64,000 bases of DNA from NCBI GenBank assembly GCA_964035545.1, contig OZ037765.1, positions 6,582,698-6,646,697 of the forward strand. Reading direction: 5' to 3'. The notes under the pieces are model-generated. The model had not been told where the DNA came from. It saw only the letters and a list, made by a program, of their open reading frames with translations, and made no database searches. Position 1 is the first letter of the stretch, and every line of letters begins with the position of its first letter. Source of the DNA: Bugula neritina. Its lineage: Eukaryota > Animalia > Bryozoa. This document shows positions 23,510 to 63,671 of the stretch, in pieces. The position numbers and the translations under genes are program-made.

Positions 23510-25378
23510 ATGGCATCTGCTACTGAGAAGTTTGTCATCAGCATTTGTGAGATTTCGGTTGCACCCGGTAAGGTTTGGCAAATCGTACTATTGTCATAAC
23601 AATACTCTAAGGATTTTAAAGCTCTATATAGTACAGAAGATCTCAATTTATTGCAGTTGTGTCTGGGGGGGGGGGGGGGGAAGGTTTAGTACAATCTGAT
23701 GGACCATTTTTCCTTGTGCAATATTGCTCAAGCCATAATTAATAGTGTGTCATGATGTATTACCTTACTATAATATAAGACATAGATTCAATAGAGGGTA
23801 CTTGAAACCAAGAAAAAAAAAAGGAGTGCATAGAGTGAAAATGATGCCAAGCCACTAATATAGTGTTGCACTATAGCATATGATAATGTCTATTCGAGCT
23901 CTTTAATGTTGTCTTCTAATGATTTATTGAGTAATAAATGTAACTTGTGTCTGTTTGCTAGACATAATTTGATGTTTACTTTTATATAGATCTGCTATTT
24001 GTTGTAGAGTCTCAAAATGCAGTTTGTACTCTCATAGCCCGACTTTATGATAGCCTTGTGAAGTCTCCCACAGCACATTTAGATGCTGCGCTTGGAGCTT
24101 TGACACACGAGGAACATTCCCTCGGCATTCTAGCCATTCTGTGAGTGCAATAGTCTGTATATACCTTGAAAATTAGTTTTGGGCTATTGAGTTGCACTGA
24201 TATTATTCTATCCGAAGTGATACGGAAAGCTCTCCCAATTTTATTAACAGAAGCTTCCCTGCAGTTGTTTTAGAAAGTATAAAATCTAAATATTCTATTA
24301 AGTTGGTTTAATTATAAAGTAAATTATAAATATGTTAATAAATAGGCAATAATTTAAAATCAATTTCAAAAATTTGATTTTAAATAATTTTTGTATAGGT
24401 CAGCAAAGCTCCACCAATTAGAAGTTGTCGATGCTGGCTCTGGCAAAAGATATTACAGTGTTGAAATTGCTGCCCTTGACAAACTCCTGACTCAACTAGA
24501 CAGTTTCGTGAGAGCAGGCAATATGGAACACGTGAGATATGCAGTCGACACATGTGAGTGGCTTATTGTAATGTTGGATGTCTTTTAAAGTAGATCAAAT
24601 TATGTTTCAAATTTTAAAATTATGAAGCATAAATGTTGAAGTTTCTGCTTTTGATGAAAAATTTACTTAGAAATTATAGACATTTCAACAAACCAGCAAA
24701 GGAAGCATAAGCATTATGGATAAACTTATATGCATTGGATAATCTTTCAATGTTTTACTGTAACTTTAAATTAGGCTATATAAAGTTTATGGAGCGTGCC
24801 TTGCTTATTTCTAGAATAATTCTGTGTAGATACTGAAATGATACATCGTATGGCAGAGTTGCTGATTCACAGAAAGGAGGCTATACGGGGTGTCTCAATT
24901 GTTGCAAAAGCTGTTGAGAGAATTCGTACGAGTGAAACTCTGCTAACACCCACTCATGCAGATCTATGTCATGTAAGATATATTTAGTATCGGAAGATAT
25001 AATTTCTCAAGCTAGAAACAAAATTAATTTTAAATTATGAAAGTCATTATTTTGTCTCCAAGTATGAATATACATTATTTGTTTGATTGTAGTTGTGTCT
25101 ATCTGCAAAGAGTTTTCAAGCGGCCTTTCCATTTCTAGATATTGACATAACAGATCTGCAAAAGCCAGTATGTATATTGTATATACATTCAATCTTGTCA
25201 GTACTTGGTTTTGAAGAAGATATCTATTTTGACCTTTTTTGGATTTTCTGGCAGTGACTTTATCTAGAGTCTAATATACCTAATGATGTACTTCAGGGTC
25301 TCATTTTGTTGCAGCAATAAATATATGTATACCTGGCGGATTAGTATCAAATATAACCAAATTTCAAATTCATGAATA

Positions 25379-25446
<68 letters not shown>

Positions 25447-28400
25447 CGTTTATATGCTGATTTTGAAGATATATGAAAAAGGTGAGAAGGGGTTTTGCAA
25501 CAATAACTGAAATGTCACTGCCATGTTGAAAGATGTTACGGCTACTATATGAGAAAATGGCTATAGCTTGTGTCTCTTTTGAAAATCTTTTTGTAGATAA
25601 ATAAATAAAATTAATAGAATTAAGTACTGTTCACTAACCATTTCTGATAAGGAATTTGGCAGAATATGGAAACAAATGTGAAGAGCATTCATTTATTTGG
25701 TGTTATTTGTTAACGCTTCATTGGTTTTAAACAAAACTCAAATATATCTGAATTTCATTAAACAGGTGAAATAATGAAGATATCATGCGTGTACCATTTT
25801 ATTGTTTAATGTATTGTAGTCCAGTCAAGCAGCATATGACTCCAAAGCATTCTTACTCTACTATTACTATGGTGGTATGATATACGCTGTGTTTAAAAAG
25901 TTCAAGAGAGCATCCTACTTTTTCGAGATTGTAAGTCATATTCAATCTAATATCTATAAAATACTGTGCATTGAATAAATGTTGATTGCTAAGAATTCAG
26001 TTCATTTGTGTTTGATCAAATTATAAAAAATGCTAACGATGATATTCTGGTATTTTCTTGATCAGGCGATATCCACCCCAGCATCAGTGATAAGTGCCAT
26101 TATGGTTCAGGCATATAAAAAATACATTCTCGTCAATTTGATTTCTAATAGTGGTGAGCCACTCGTTCCAAAGTTCACTGCTCCTGTGCTTTCAAGAGGT
26201 CTCAAGGTAAGACAAACCTACACTCATTTAGTAACTCTATGTTTTCTATGAGTTTTAATTTATCTTGGTCAACCCAGTTAATGGTACCTATAATTATTAT
26301 GTTTTGCTCTATACCATGTATACAGATAATATTATTTTAACTAATTAACTTCTCTGTATGACATACTAGCAGTCTATAAGTAATTGTTTGATCTTACCTG
26401 AAAAAAATGGTTTGCTTGTTTGATGATTTCGTTTCAAAATTTTAATAAGCTTGCTCAAATTCTATAAAGTTTGAAGAAGCTTTAAACATTTAAACTTAAA
26501 CTTGAACATTTAAATTTACTTGCTAGTGTATTTTAAAATTTATAGCATGCTTCGACTTTTTCTTTAATCATTCAATTGGATAAAGTTGCTTTAAGCAGTC
26601 CACAGATGGCAATATTTTAAAAAATTCTAGATGTACTCATTATCTTAGGTTTATAGTCTGTAAAACACGAACTGTGGTCTGATAATTCAGGTGCTAAAGA
26701 AACTTCCGAATTTGATATCAGGTTTAAAATACACCATTTGTTACTAATTACTTACGGCTAGTGATTTTGACATATTTTTTACATCGATACCCAATGCTTA
26801 CAAAACGCTTCATATATTTATAATCATTAGCTGACTTTTTAATTCGAAGCTAAAAATTTGTTACTTTATTTATTAAACCAAATTTTGCGCTATTGTTTCA
26901 AAATCATTCACTTACTACAATAGATCAGATTAAAGCCAGAGCTAGCAAGAACTGCTATATTATGTATGTAACCATTATTTTACTGAATATTGATCTTCAT
27001 AAAATAATTAGAAACCAATTCGAATCAATAAGCTTTTTGTATTTGATTTGACACGACTTTGTAATTCTAATATTATCAAACCCTGTCACTTTTCGAGCTA
27101 GTTGATGGAGTACAAGTTATAATTCTACTATGTCATTTATTTGCTTGTATTTCCCAACATATAGACACATGCTGGTGCTTACCAAGACCTGTACCACTCA
27201 TATAACAGCTCTGTCCAATCTGCGCTACAAGCCACTGCTGATAAACACAGGCCTATCTTTGAAAGAGTGAGTTGTACAATTGTGTACATACTACATATAG
27301 TGTATGTGATCAATTATTCTTTTATTTTTTACAATATATTATGTTCAATTATTCTTCTATGTAATTTTTGTGGGTCAACTAAATATACGTTGCAACAAGA
27401 ACTGAAATAGAAGAGGATAACTCTTATGTAAGGTGAAGAACCTGGTGTCTTTTAAATCTACCTTCCCTGAACATGACATTCTGTAGTTCAAACTCAAGTA
27501 CTGTAACTTAAGTATTGTAACTTGAGTACTGTAACTTAAGTAGTGTAACTTAGTCCATGTTAGAAGTTTATAGATAAAGTTGAACGACTCGGCTCATTAT
27601 TTGCATACACCTTATGAATATGCATACAGGATGATAACTATGGATTGGTGAAGCAGTGCATTAAATCACTCTATATAAAGAACATTAAGAAGTTGACTAA
27701 GGTATGTCAGTGTTCACATCAACATTGTGCTCAGTCTTGGTATGCATTAGAATAGAGGTGGCAATGGTGAATTGCACAAGGATAAAACCCTTATGAATTA
27801 TTTTAGACTTTCCTTACTCTCTCTATAACAGATGTGGCCAACAGAGTTCATTTGCCAACTAGTGCTGAAGCCGAGAAATATCTGCTGAAAATGGTGAGAT
27901 CCTGTTTTGATTATGAGCTATTAATGATTGTATTCATTTTGATCAAACTGTCTTAACAGTCACCTGGTGGATATATCGTTGTAGCTAAAGGTAATAGTTT
28001 GAGGCATTAAAACAAAAGTTTGTTGCGGGAGTTATCTTTCTATGTGAAATGCTTCACTATTTAAATTTGACATGACAATATACCACAAACCTCTCATTAT
28101 ATACATTTTTGAGGACATAAATTGCTTTATTTTTCAACACCCAGTTATTAATATGTAGTTTTGTGATGTGGAGTAGCGGAAAATGTGAACCCGGAAAACC
28201 TGTCATTATTAAGGTCATATAATATGTTTTGAGGGCACCACAACATACTATTTTGTGTGCTGATCACTGGGGGTGAAAAACCCCTTTTCAAAACTAGCTA
28301 TGGGTAGATAGACCTGTGAATGTTGCAGCTGGGCTTTTTCTAAAGGTTTTGGCTTGAAGGCAGATTCTGAATACTGGTTTTGCTGGGTTGGGACCTGTGA

Positions 28401-28950
28401 TGTTTAGCTGTAAATTTATACTTTGCATATATGCTGGTTGAAGTATGGACACTGCACTGCAGTTGAAGCGTATAAAAGATTTCACAGTTCACCAACGGGC
28501 TACAGCTACCAATACATGAAGTTATTTATAAGTCATAATGCACACATGCTTATATTTCAGATAGAAAATGGTGAAATTTATGCCAAGATAAATAAAAAAG
28601 ATGACATGGTAGAATTCCATGATAACCCAGAAAAATATAATAACCCAGCAATGCTTGCATTCATTCAACAACAGGTAAGGAGTTTATTATACAGTTTACA
28701 CTGTAGCTGTATCTGTTTAATGAACTGAAGCTTCTGAGTTTTACATCCAAGTATTCATTCTTTGAGGAATAATAACTTGTAATTTCAGGAAAAAATATGT
28801 GTGGCAGTCAACAAAAAAATGAGTGACATGGAAAGAGAGATCTCAGTGACCCCAGACTACGTAGGCAAGGTGGGCTCATACTCTGCTGATGATGATATGG
28901 CTAAGCCTAGCACTTCAGCAGGAATGACTTCAATATCCGAAAACTTGTAA
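23510..28950 (+). CDS. COPS3: COP9 signalosome subunit 3
   Basis: Exons 23510-23567, 24008-24140, 24399-24553, 24830-24972, 25093-25167, 25820-25930, 26066-26206, 27165-27266, 27630-27701, 27807-27893, 28561-28674, 28789-28950. Motifs [64 protein letters not shown]. Confidence 0.95.
25375..25445. repeat. (TA)n microsatellite
   Basis: Direct inspection. Confidence 0.95.
27497..27553 (+). repeat. About 4 copies of a 14-bp tandem repeat (AAGTACTGTAACTT)
   Basis: Direct inspection; in a COPS3 intron. Confidence 0.8.
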
Positions 28951-29121
28951 TAATGCAGCTTTGTTATTATTTTCTGACTTTTGAATACAGCATAGAATTC
29001 AACTTTCATTTTATGTTAAAATTTTACATATTATTTATATACAAAGTTAAAAATCAAATATATAATTATACAATAGATATGTCAAAGTTACAAGATCATT
29101 CTTATACTAGAAAGTTAACAA

Positions 29122-32100
29122 TCATTTGTTCTCCGAGGGTTGCGGTGCACCCATGCGAGTCGGGTCTTGTGATGGGTAGTGCATCATCATTGGTGGTCTT
29201 GGTAACATCATAGGCCGCATGGTACCGGGTGGTGGTGGTCCTCTGTAAACTGGTCGCATCATTGGAGGCCCTACGATAATTGATCAATATAAATGCAAGG
29301 GCTAATAGGAGGTGCTAAATGATTTCAGTAGATCAGCAACATCATTTATAGACGATATAAACCTACAGATATTTATAATCTCAACAAATTTGTGAAATTC
29401 ATAAAACAATATTTATTCTCCCTTATTGCAACAACGCAATAGCAAAATTCCTATTAATAGATGATGCCAATATTATTTAGCAAACTGAAAATTTTAAATT
29501 GTACAAAGAATATAACTTCTGAATATGATTGGTTTGCGTAACGGACCAAGTCTCAACAAGTAGTACTGTGAAGCATCACTAACCCATAGGCATTGGAGGT
29601 CTTCCCACAATTGAGAGAGCTGGAGGTGGTGGTCTCATTCTGGGCAATCCAGGATGTACAGGCGGTGGTAGGTTAAAGAAGTTGTTAGACAGCTCTTCAG
29701 GGGGCATAGGCAATGCTACAACATATCACACATAACACTGACAAGTGCAAATTACTGTTTCAAGTAGATATCCCCAGTAGACAGTTTTATTGACCGGATA
29801 CTTACCACCAGGTAAACCAGGCACTGGGTTCACTTGAGGTTCTTCAGGTTTGTTTGCCGCAGCGTCTCTCAACCCTTGCTGGGCTTGACTCTTGCCCCAT
29901 TTAATATTCATTCTTCTGCCATTAATAATCAATTTGTTGAATGCTTTATCGGCAGCGGTTTCAGCAGCACTTCGCTGGGTAAACTGTACAAATGCACACT
30001 GTGATCCCTTCACAATGTTTACAGACCGGAGCTCACCATATTGATAGAAATTGTCACTACAAATAAAGTAGTACTAATTAAACATTGTTCACGTGAGCTA
30101 TTAACAATGTTTATAGGTAAGGACATTGCATTACAATGTGGGAAAAAGTTACAGACTCGTCACCTAATGTCCTTTTCAGTGATGTCATCGCTGACATTAC
30201 CAACATATAGGGTGGTGATTGATTTATCCTCAGGAGGCGAGATCTTAGGCATTTGGCTGTATCTGTCCAGCAGTTTATTGGCCACAGGGTCGTTTTGTCC
30301 ATAGAACCTGTCTTTAATGTTCTGGTCAGCAAGAGGATCATCAGGATCTGTAGGTCTGTCATGTCTACAAAATGAATTACAGGAAGTAGTGAACCAAGTG
30401 GCGCTAATACATACAGCACTCCTTCCAAATCTCACTAAGCTACAGGTTCCTGAAACCTCAATCCGTGACATGACATACTCGTATTAGAATACCATATTTA
30501 ATTCACAAATCTGTTAAATTAGACCAACTTGTCCCTATACACACATATTTAAGTCACAAAACGGGGTTCCAAGCCCTTCTCGTAAAATTTTAGTGAAAGT
30601 AGTGAATCAAGTAGCCATGACAAATGCACACTTATATTATTCAAAGCTTATTACTCATAAATAAGCAAGTAATTGATTTTCAATGCATTATTCATGAATT
30701 TTTTTATTTAATTAGCTAAAAATGTTTAACCAATGATTTATACACCAGTAAAGTAATACATTTTTAGTAGTTCAAGCATAGTTAAGAAAATCTGTGATTA
30801 TTTGACTACATAACTATACTAAACTTCAGAGATGCTGAAAGATAAACTTAAAAAACAGTATGAAAGAGAGCAAAAATATACCATCTCTTAGGTTTGAATA
30901 TGACTCAAGATTAACAAAACTAGATATTATCGATGGCAAAGCACCAACCTGTATGGGCATTCTTCACCTCTTTTGCACTCGCCTTTTACCCAGAAGGAGC
31001 AGATGTGAGGTCGGTTTCTCTTGTAGTACGGAGTGTTGCGAGCTAGTTTCAATAGAATGTCACTTGGAGCCTGTGACTTACCAAGACTACCAGATGGGCC
31101 GTCTTCAGCAAGCTAACAAATTACAAATATTAGCTTTATCTTGATTAAGATCTTCGCAAATATTCAAAATATGCAAAAATTTATTGTTCAACTGCAAAGA
31201 CTAGCTATAGCATGTTCTTGCAATTTTCAGCATAGAAATTTTGTTATTAAAAACCCAAGGCACAATCGTAGATAGGTATGAGAATAAAAAATTATGCAAT
31301 AAAAAGCTAAGAATTGTAGGTTAAATATAAATGTCTTGAATATGTGTTATACCTGCTTTTCAGCATTGGCTATATAATACTCTTTATTCACGTCTGACTT
31401 AGGCATTTCATCTCTCATTTTCAATGCTTGGTCTCTCACTTGCACAGGTAGGCCTGAACATTCAGTTGAGAATTACACAGAAATCAAGTCAAAATAGGAT
31501 GTTCAACATAAAACCAATATATGTTCCTCCACAATTCTCATCAACTAATCAAAGGAATAGAACTTACCATATTCAAGATCTAGCAGACAAGTTTGGCAAA
31601 CATTCTTTAGTTTGGCACACGTTTGGCAAACCTCAGTCTTTTTGTATCTCATTCTTGCTCCAGGACACCAGCGAAATACAGTGAAAGGCCTGGCACATAT
31701 TTTACATTCTTTTCCAAACTTTTCTTTGGTCTAAAATATTGGAACTGGAATATCAAGCAAAGTTAGTGTATAAATATTGCCTGGTGTTTTAACTGAGTTA
31801 GAAAACACTTTGTATCTTTTGTTTGAAAAGCTAAATCATGGAGACTTTTTCGTCAAAAATTTAAAAAATGTGTACTTTATATTTGGTTTGCTTGCATTCA
31901 GCTAAACAAATCGAATTAGCACAGCGTAAAGACTGAACAAAAACATGAAAAATAATCACAATAAAAAATATTTTTAATAAGCTAAAACATAAAACAGCTT
32001 AAAATACGCTGAAGATCTATGAAACATTTTAAACATAGCAAAACAGTTTAGTAACTAATTTGTTGAGCTGTAAACTTACCATTCGAACATATGGATTATC

Positions 32101-33661
32101 CCCGAGGCATGTTTGACAAAGAATGGGAAAATCCTGAAAAACAGTCAAGTACAATAGGGCTGTAAATGCAATATGTGACTTAAGATGTGGACTACAAAAT
32201 TGCCCATTACTACAAGATTAGTAGATATTACCAGACCAAACATGGAGGCCAAAAAGAAATGAGATTATGAGGCGAAAATATAATCTTGAAAATGTAGGAA
32301 AAAATGAGCCTTTCAAAAACACATGTGACTGAGAATAATTTCTTTATAAACTAGCAGACATTAGCCTGATCTGGTGCATAGTAAAACTTGAAAAGATATC
32401 AGTATGAAATTCAAACACTTTCTATGTTAGCGTAGATTGTGAGGCTAATAATGACACATGGAGTAAAACCAAATGCAACTGCTAATCAAGTAAGTTGCAA
32501 AAATTATAAAAAGAGGAGGTAAATACTGAGAAAAAGAAAATCTATGTTTAACAAACTGCAAAATAACAATTATTGAAGGCAATTTCAACAAAACAAATAG
32601 TGATTATTAAGACACATAAAGTGATAAAATATCAACAAAATATCAATATATGTATATTGAGACGTTGGAATAGTAGTGGAGAAAACAGGAGTGGAAAGAT
32701 GAATTAAGTAACACACTGACACATCGAGTGCAAAAGCGAGTTAAAAAGTGGAAGAGAAATGAGAATATTTTTTAGTATTACAACCTAGATATTTCCCTGA
32801 CCCATCACAAAATTCAACCAACAGGATATGCCGTATGGCTTTTACTTTTACATTTTATGAAGTAGAACTAAAACTAAAGATTAAATCTTTATTTGCTATC
32901 AATATTTGCAATTTCGACATAAATGATAAACATGCAAGCATATAACCTATTAATTTGTGAGCCTACAGTAAATATTATGCACAATTAAATAGCAATCAAT
33001 ATAACTATATGGTGATAGTAACTGTAAGTATCACCATCATACTAATAGTAATAGTTATAGTTGGAGTTGTTCTCCGAAAAAGTTTCAAAAGCCTAACTTC
33101 TACTTGAATTTGAAGTAAAATTATCACTTATCTGAATATAGTGAGAGTCTGAAGTTATCAGTACATTTTTACTTTACTCTTTAGCATTATATCAGTCATT
33201 TAATTTAGTTTTACTTTAACTTTTACCTATTGTATTATGATTAACTATTAATAAATTTATGAACTTAAAATAAATGTTTATAAATATCAAATTTAATATG
33301 AAGATCAAGTGAAAATCAATATTAACAATAAAATGATCATCAATATAAAATTGAAAATCAAAATGAAAATAAATGTGTTACAATTACGTTTACTCTTACT
33401 CTTACTGGTAGTGGTAAACTTAATTCTTCAAAGCAAAACGAAATTCAATCCCGAATTCCTTAGCCCTTAGAGCTTACACTTACAGTTAGTGTTACTCTTA
33501 CTCCTGAAGTTAGGGTTTTGCATTTGTACAAAAAAATTATCATTAAAAAATAACACTGATAAACTTAAAATTCACCACATTAGCACTAAAAGCTAATAAG
33601 TATTTACCGCTTCTTCCCATCCTTGTCGATTGTAAGTGTTAGCGCTTTTAGAGGTTGCCAT
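29122..33661 (-). CDS. RBM22: Pre-mRNA splicing factor RBM22
   Basis: Exons 33661-33608, 32133-32080, 31730-31568, 31453-31353, 31112-30949, 30364-30164, 30056-29806, 29715-29584, 29270-29122. Motifs [63 protein letters not shown]. Confidence 0.97.
30414..30596 (+). mobile_element. Diverged, truncated copy of the Tc1/mariner-type MITE at 55739
   Basis: Shares AAACCTCAAT.CGTGACAT, TGTTAAATTAG, TACACACATA, TCCAAGCCCTTCTC with 55739-55946. Confidence 0.7.
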
Positions 33662-34295
33662 ATTCTTTTTCCAAGCTGTAAAAATGAAATTCGCGAATCG
33701 CGAACAAAATGAAGATCTATACAGAAATATTATACACAGTCCCGCATTAAAACGAAAAAATATGTGAGCATAAAATAATATAAAATATTTACATGATTAT
33801 AATGAAATTTTTCTTTAAAATAAAATTATCATATAGTTTTCTATTTTGTACAATTTCCACCTAAACGAGATATTATTTTTATTGAAGTTACCAATAGGCA
33901 ATAACGATTATGAAAGAATCTAAATTTTGAAACATATATAATGATTATTCATGTACATTGTTCTACACTAAAATTTAAAATAATAAAAATAATAATTGAG
34001 AAAAATAGAAGTTGCTGCTTGCTTCAGAGTTACAAGCAATGGATCAAAACTTTCCAAAACGGAGAGTTGTCTTTCAATGGGTATAGGTGTTAATTAGGTA
34101 TTTTTGAATAATAATATTATATTCATAGTAAAGGTTGTCCCCCCCCCCCCCCAAACGCTTGCTCCAAGAAAATAATTTCGCGAAATTCGGAACTACACCA
34201 ACAAGTACAACAACTTACAGTTACTGAAAGTAAAAGTTAATAATATTGAAACACATACTCATACTGATAAGGCTCGTTGGATTTTATGAATGTAG
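33662..34295. promoter_or_regulatory. Putative bidirectional promoter (RBM22 <- -> MAGI)
   Basis: CpG-retaining, three TCGCGA sites, plus-strand donor TAG|GTATGT at 34296. Confidence 0.55.
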
Positions 34296-34339
34296 GTATG
34301 TTTTTGGTCATGATTATATTATTGGCACAGTTGTCAATT

Positions 34340-36120
34340 GTTGAAAAAAATAACAATTGCAAGTATTACTATTATAATTAATTTTAATTTATAATTATAA
34401 ATGAGTAATCAGTAAATGTAATGATAATCCTATAGTTATACTTTAAGTTTAAGTTTATAACTTATATTTATAAGTTATAAGTTATAGTTATGGACTTATA
34501 CTAATAGTAATAGTAATACTTATGCTTACAGTTATTAAATAACTTATAGTTATAGTTTATGTTATATTTATACGATGAAGATCCACCTCTAGATCTAGTG
34601 TCCAAGCTGCTCACTCACAGCCACTGCCAGAGTCAGTCACAGATTGAGTCTCAGTCTGTGACTTAGAGTGAGAGTTTGTGTTACACTTGATCTAGTTCTA
34701 CGTCCTACAGTTACTGTTAGTGTTACTGTTAGAAATTACTATTTGTGTTACTTTAACTTTTAGTTTTAATTTTGATTTGCATTTAGTTTTACATATCCGA
34801 ATTCATATTCATTATTCAATCCCATACCGATACTCATACTGATAACTGATGCTCATACTGATAGTGATAGCGATGCTGGCATACTCATACTCTAGTCATA
34901 GTCATAGTGATACTCATACTAATGCTAATACTCAGAGTGATACTGATATTCACTGGGAATGTGATAAAATTGCGCTGTCTCACTGTCATTAGTGATAAAC
35001 TTTAAGTTTAAGGTCATACTCAAACTCAAAATGAATATCAATATCAATATGATTAAAACTAGAAGTATCACTACCGGTGTAAGATTAAATATCATTTATA
35101 ATTATAGCTTATACAATATTAATATACTTATGCTAAGATGAAAAAGTATAGCTATTAGTATTACTATTAGTATTACTATGGGTATGATGATGGCTTAGAG
35201 TTAATGGTTGATAACTATAAAATAATAACTTATAAGTTATAGCTTTAACTAACAAGTATAAATATAAGATTAAGTATACGGTCCTCTATTGGCTATTAGC
35301 ATTACTAATAGTAATATTAATAGTAATACTATTGGTATTAGTATTTATAATACTAATAGTATGACTGAGACTTAATCTTACCTACGCTTATTTACAGTAG
35401 TCGTGGCAGTAACTTTCTGTGGATAAATATTATTTTCTAAGTGTAAGTATGTTATTATTAATATTTTATTTATAACTTAAATACTAAATAGTAATACATT
35501 AGTCATTTAAAATTGATGATCACTATAAATAATATATTGAAAATATTACAGCGTGTAGCTAATAGTCACACTGATACTGTGGGTATGATTCTCATACTTA
35601 TAATTATTTTAGTCTTATACTTACACTATGACTACTAGAAAGAGAACAAAAAATTGGTACTACTAGTAGTAATAGGTACTTATTTTCTAGTTTTATGCTA
35701 TTACTAGATCAGTCGGTGACATCAATGTAGAGTCTAATATTTTAAGTCCTTGAACTCATACCTCATGGGCATAACCATAATTATTAACATTAGTAGGCAT
35801 AGTAATAGTAAAACTGGTAGTAATAGGCATAGTCGTAGTGGTAGGGATAGAGTGATGCTGCTACTGATGATCATACTGATAATTACCAGGCTATAGAGAC
35901 TTCCACTCGGTTTGTTACACTCACACTGACTGAGAATGCTTTTAATATTTTTAAACATTATCATTATATTTTTTATAATCATAAATATAATTATAAATAT
36001 TTGTACAGTTTTAGTCTCCCAGTATAGATAGTTTGATTAAATATTATTAAAATGATGGTGTTATTATACTAACACTATAATAATACTATCACTTATTAAT
36101 AAACAGTAATTACTTTTTAC
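34340..36120. repeat. Hexamer-periodic AT-rich cryptic repeat tract (largest of eight promoter-proximal tracts)
   Basis: Mosaic of AGTTAT, ACTTAT, AGTAAT, ACTCAT, ACTGAT, AGTGAT, AGTCAT words with many short hairpins. Confidence 0.8.
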
Positions 36121-37980
36121 AGCCTGATAATAAGAAGGGGCTCAGTGAGTGTAACTCAAATTCTATGATTGAGTCAATGGCTGTAAATGCATTATATTCT
36201 TATGCCCACTAGTATTGTGTGATATCAAGTATGGGTTTAAATTTTAGGTTTTATCTCGTCTGGATAATTAATTGCTAATGTATTTGACTGAGACTATCGT
36301 GATAAACAGGAAGAACATTATTTAAAAACTCTTATGAAAGGAATTAAACTGCAACTAAGATTAAAAAATGTACAGTTGAGACGTACATGTTGTTTTCAGT
36401 GAACATTAACACTGAATAATTTTTACTGATATCTCAACTTAATTTATTTTTACTGATTTGTAATTATAATTATCTATTAAATTTAAAGCTTAGAAACTGA
36501 TTAAGGATGGAAGGTTAGCACTGAATTATGGAAAAGAAATGGCCTGTTTTCAAAATAAAAGAACAGTGTGATGGTTAATGCAAATGACATATAAGAAATT
36601 AAAATCACAAGCTTATTAAAAAATCTAATAAAGAGTTCTAGTAGCAACTGTTAGACCTATACCGACCTTGACAGTGATATGATTTTAAGAAAAGGATGTA
36701 ATATTATGTTGGTTGTCTTAACTGTATTAAATGTTCAGTGGTATGTTAAAGCAGTCATTTTTCATCATACATATTAACTGTCCTGTATTCCGCAAACAAA
36801 ATTTCTGGGTCAAGATATTAAACTAAAAATTTACTGCTGCTTTCATTCGGTTGGAAATTTTAAAAGGCTGTGGTACTTTTAATGGATCGAAATATTTGTC
36901 TAGTAGGACACAAGTTTTGTAAATTGCTTTTGCCTACTTTAAAGTCCCTGAACCATTTACCAGCTTGGCTAGTAGTTTCATGTTTTAAAACTGGCCCCAT
37001 TGAGTTCATTTAAGAAGTAATATATCAACGTTGAGCTTGATGTCTCTGTAGCCATCAAGCTGAAAATATCCATAAATTAATTTTAATGATGGTGGATAAT
37101 AAAACTTGAGTTCAGTAAATTTTTATTTGAATTAAGTTTTAGGATATAATGTTATTGTAATGGCTTATACCAATGCAATACCGGAATAATAAATTATTCT
37201 TTGCTATATATACTTACTAATGAAGTTATAATAGTTCACATATTAGAAATCAGAGCTTATCGGTGTAATATCATCTAACAACTGTAGGAATTGAAATCTT
37301 TAGTGTTATAATGGAGGTCTCAATTTGTGCAGCTTTAAGTTTGCTTAGTATTTTGATACTAAAAGAAAACGTAGAGTGTTTGAAGTTCATAGCTGCGCAT
37401 GTATATCTGGCCAATGTTATCATTCAACATTTGAGTAATACTTTATCTGCATCAGATAAAGCTTATCTCTTTTCACATTTATATTATTTGCTAAATGACA
37501 AATCCAATATTTTCTTTTTGATTAGCTATTCAACTTGAGACATTATCATACAGTCACGCATATAATATACGGTGCAGTTAATTTGAGAGGCTGTAGTGCT
37601 TGACCTGACTATTTGTTTTTTGTTATTTTTACACTTTAATAAACACTGTTTTTGTACCTGTGATTACCTATTCATGCAATTGATCTCCCACAGATAAATC
37701 TAATGATCATTGTCATGACTTTTTGTTCAACATTAGATCACTGGTTATTAGTTATGTTGGCACTAAAAAGTCTTTGTAGTTTCTATTCTTCCTCTTGAAA
37801 GCTAATTTATCATTGGGAAAAATCTGTTGTTGTGATGCTTTTATTATGAGCCTCATCTTCTCTAGTATAATGCAGTTGAAATCATAGTACTTGATTATAA
37901 ACTTAAGTTGTTCCACAGGTTTTGCATTGGTTCGAACTTAAAATAACCATGAGTTGAGGAGAACTTCTTAGCCTTAGAAG

Positions 37981-63491
<25,511 letters not shown>

Positions 63492-63499
63492 GTAAGTTA

Positions 63500-63671
63500 T
63501 TTAGAGGTAGCTGCAGTGATGGAGAAATCGAGAAAAGCCTGTATTCTAGATTAGAGATGAAGCAGAAAAAGTTATGTTCTCTGAAGAATTTCAACCTGTG
63601 CCCCAAACCGAGATTTAATAATGAAATTAAAAAACTCAGGCTATCTCAATTTCTCCACTACTGCACCTAAA
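63500..63671 (+). repeat. ~170-bp MITE-like dispersed repeat
   Basis: Imperfect inverted ends (TGCAGTGATGGAGAAATCGAG / CTCAATTTCTCCACTACTGCA); homologous to 11160-11325 and 49825-49900. Confidence 0.72.

Noticed and set aside
35734-35982. Hydrophobic ORFs in low-complexity tracts (also 7121-7318, 39549-39902, 54071-54274)
   Set aside because: By-products of 3/6-bp periodic sequence.
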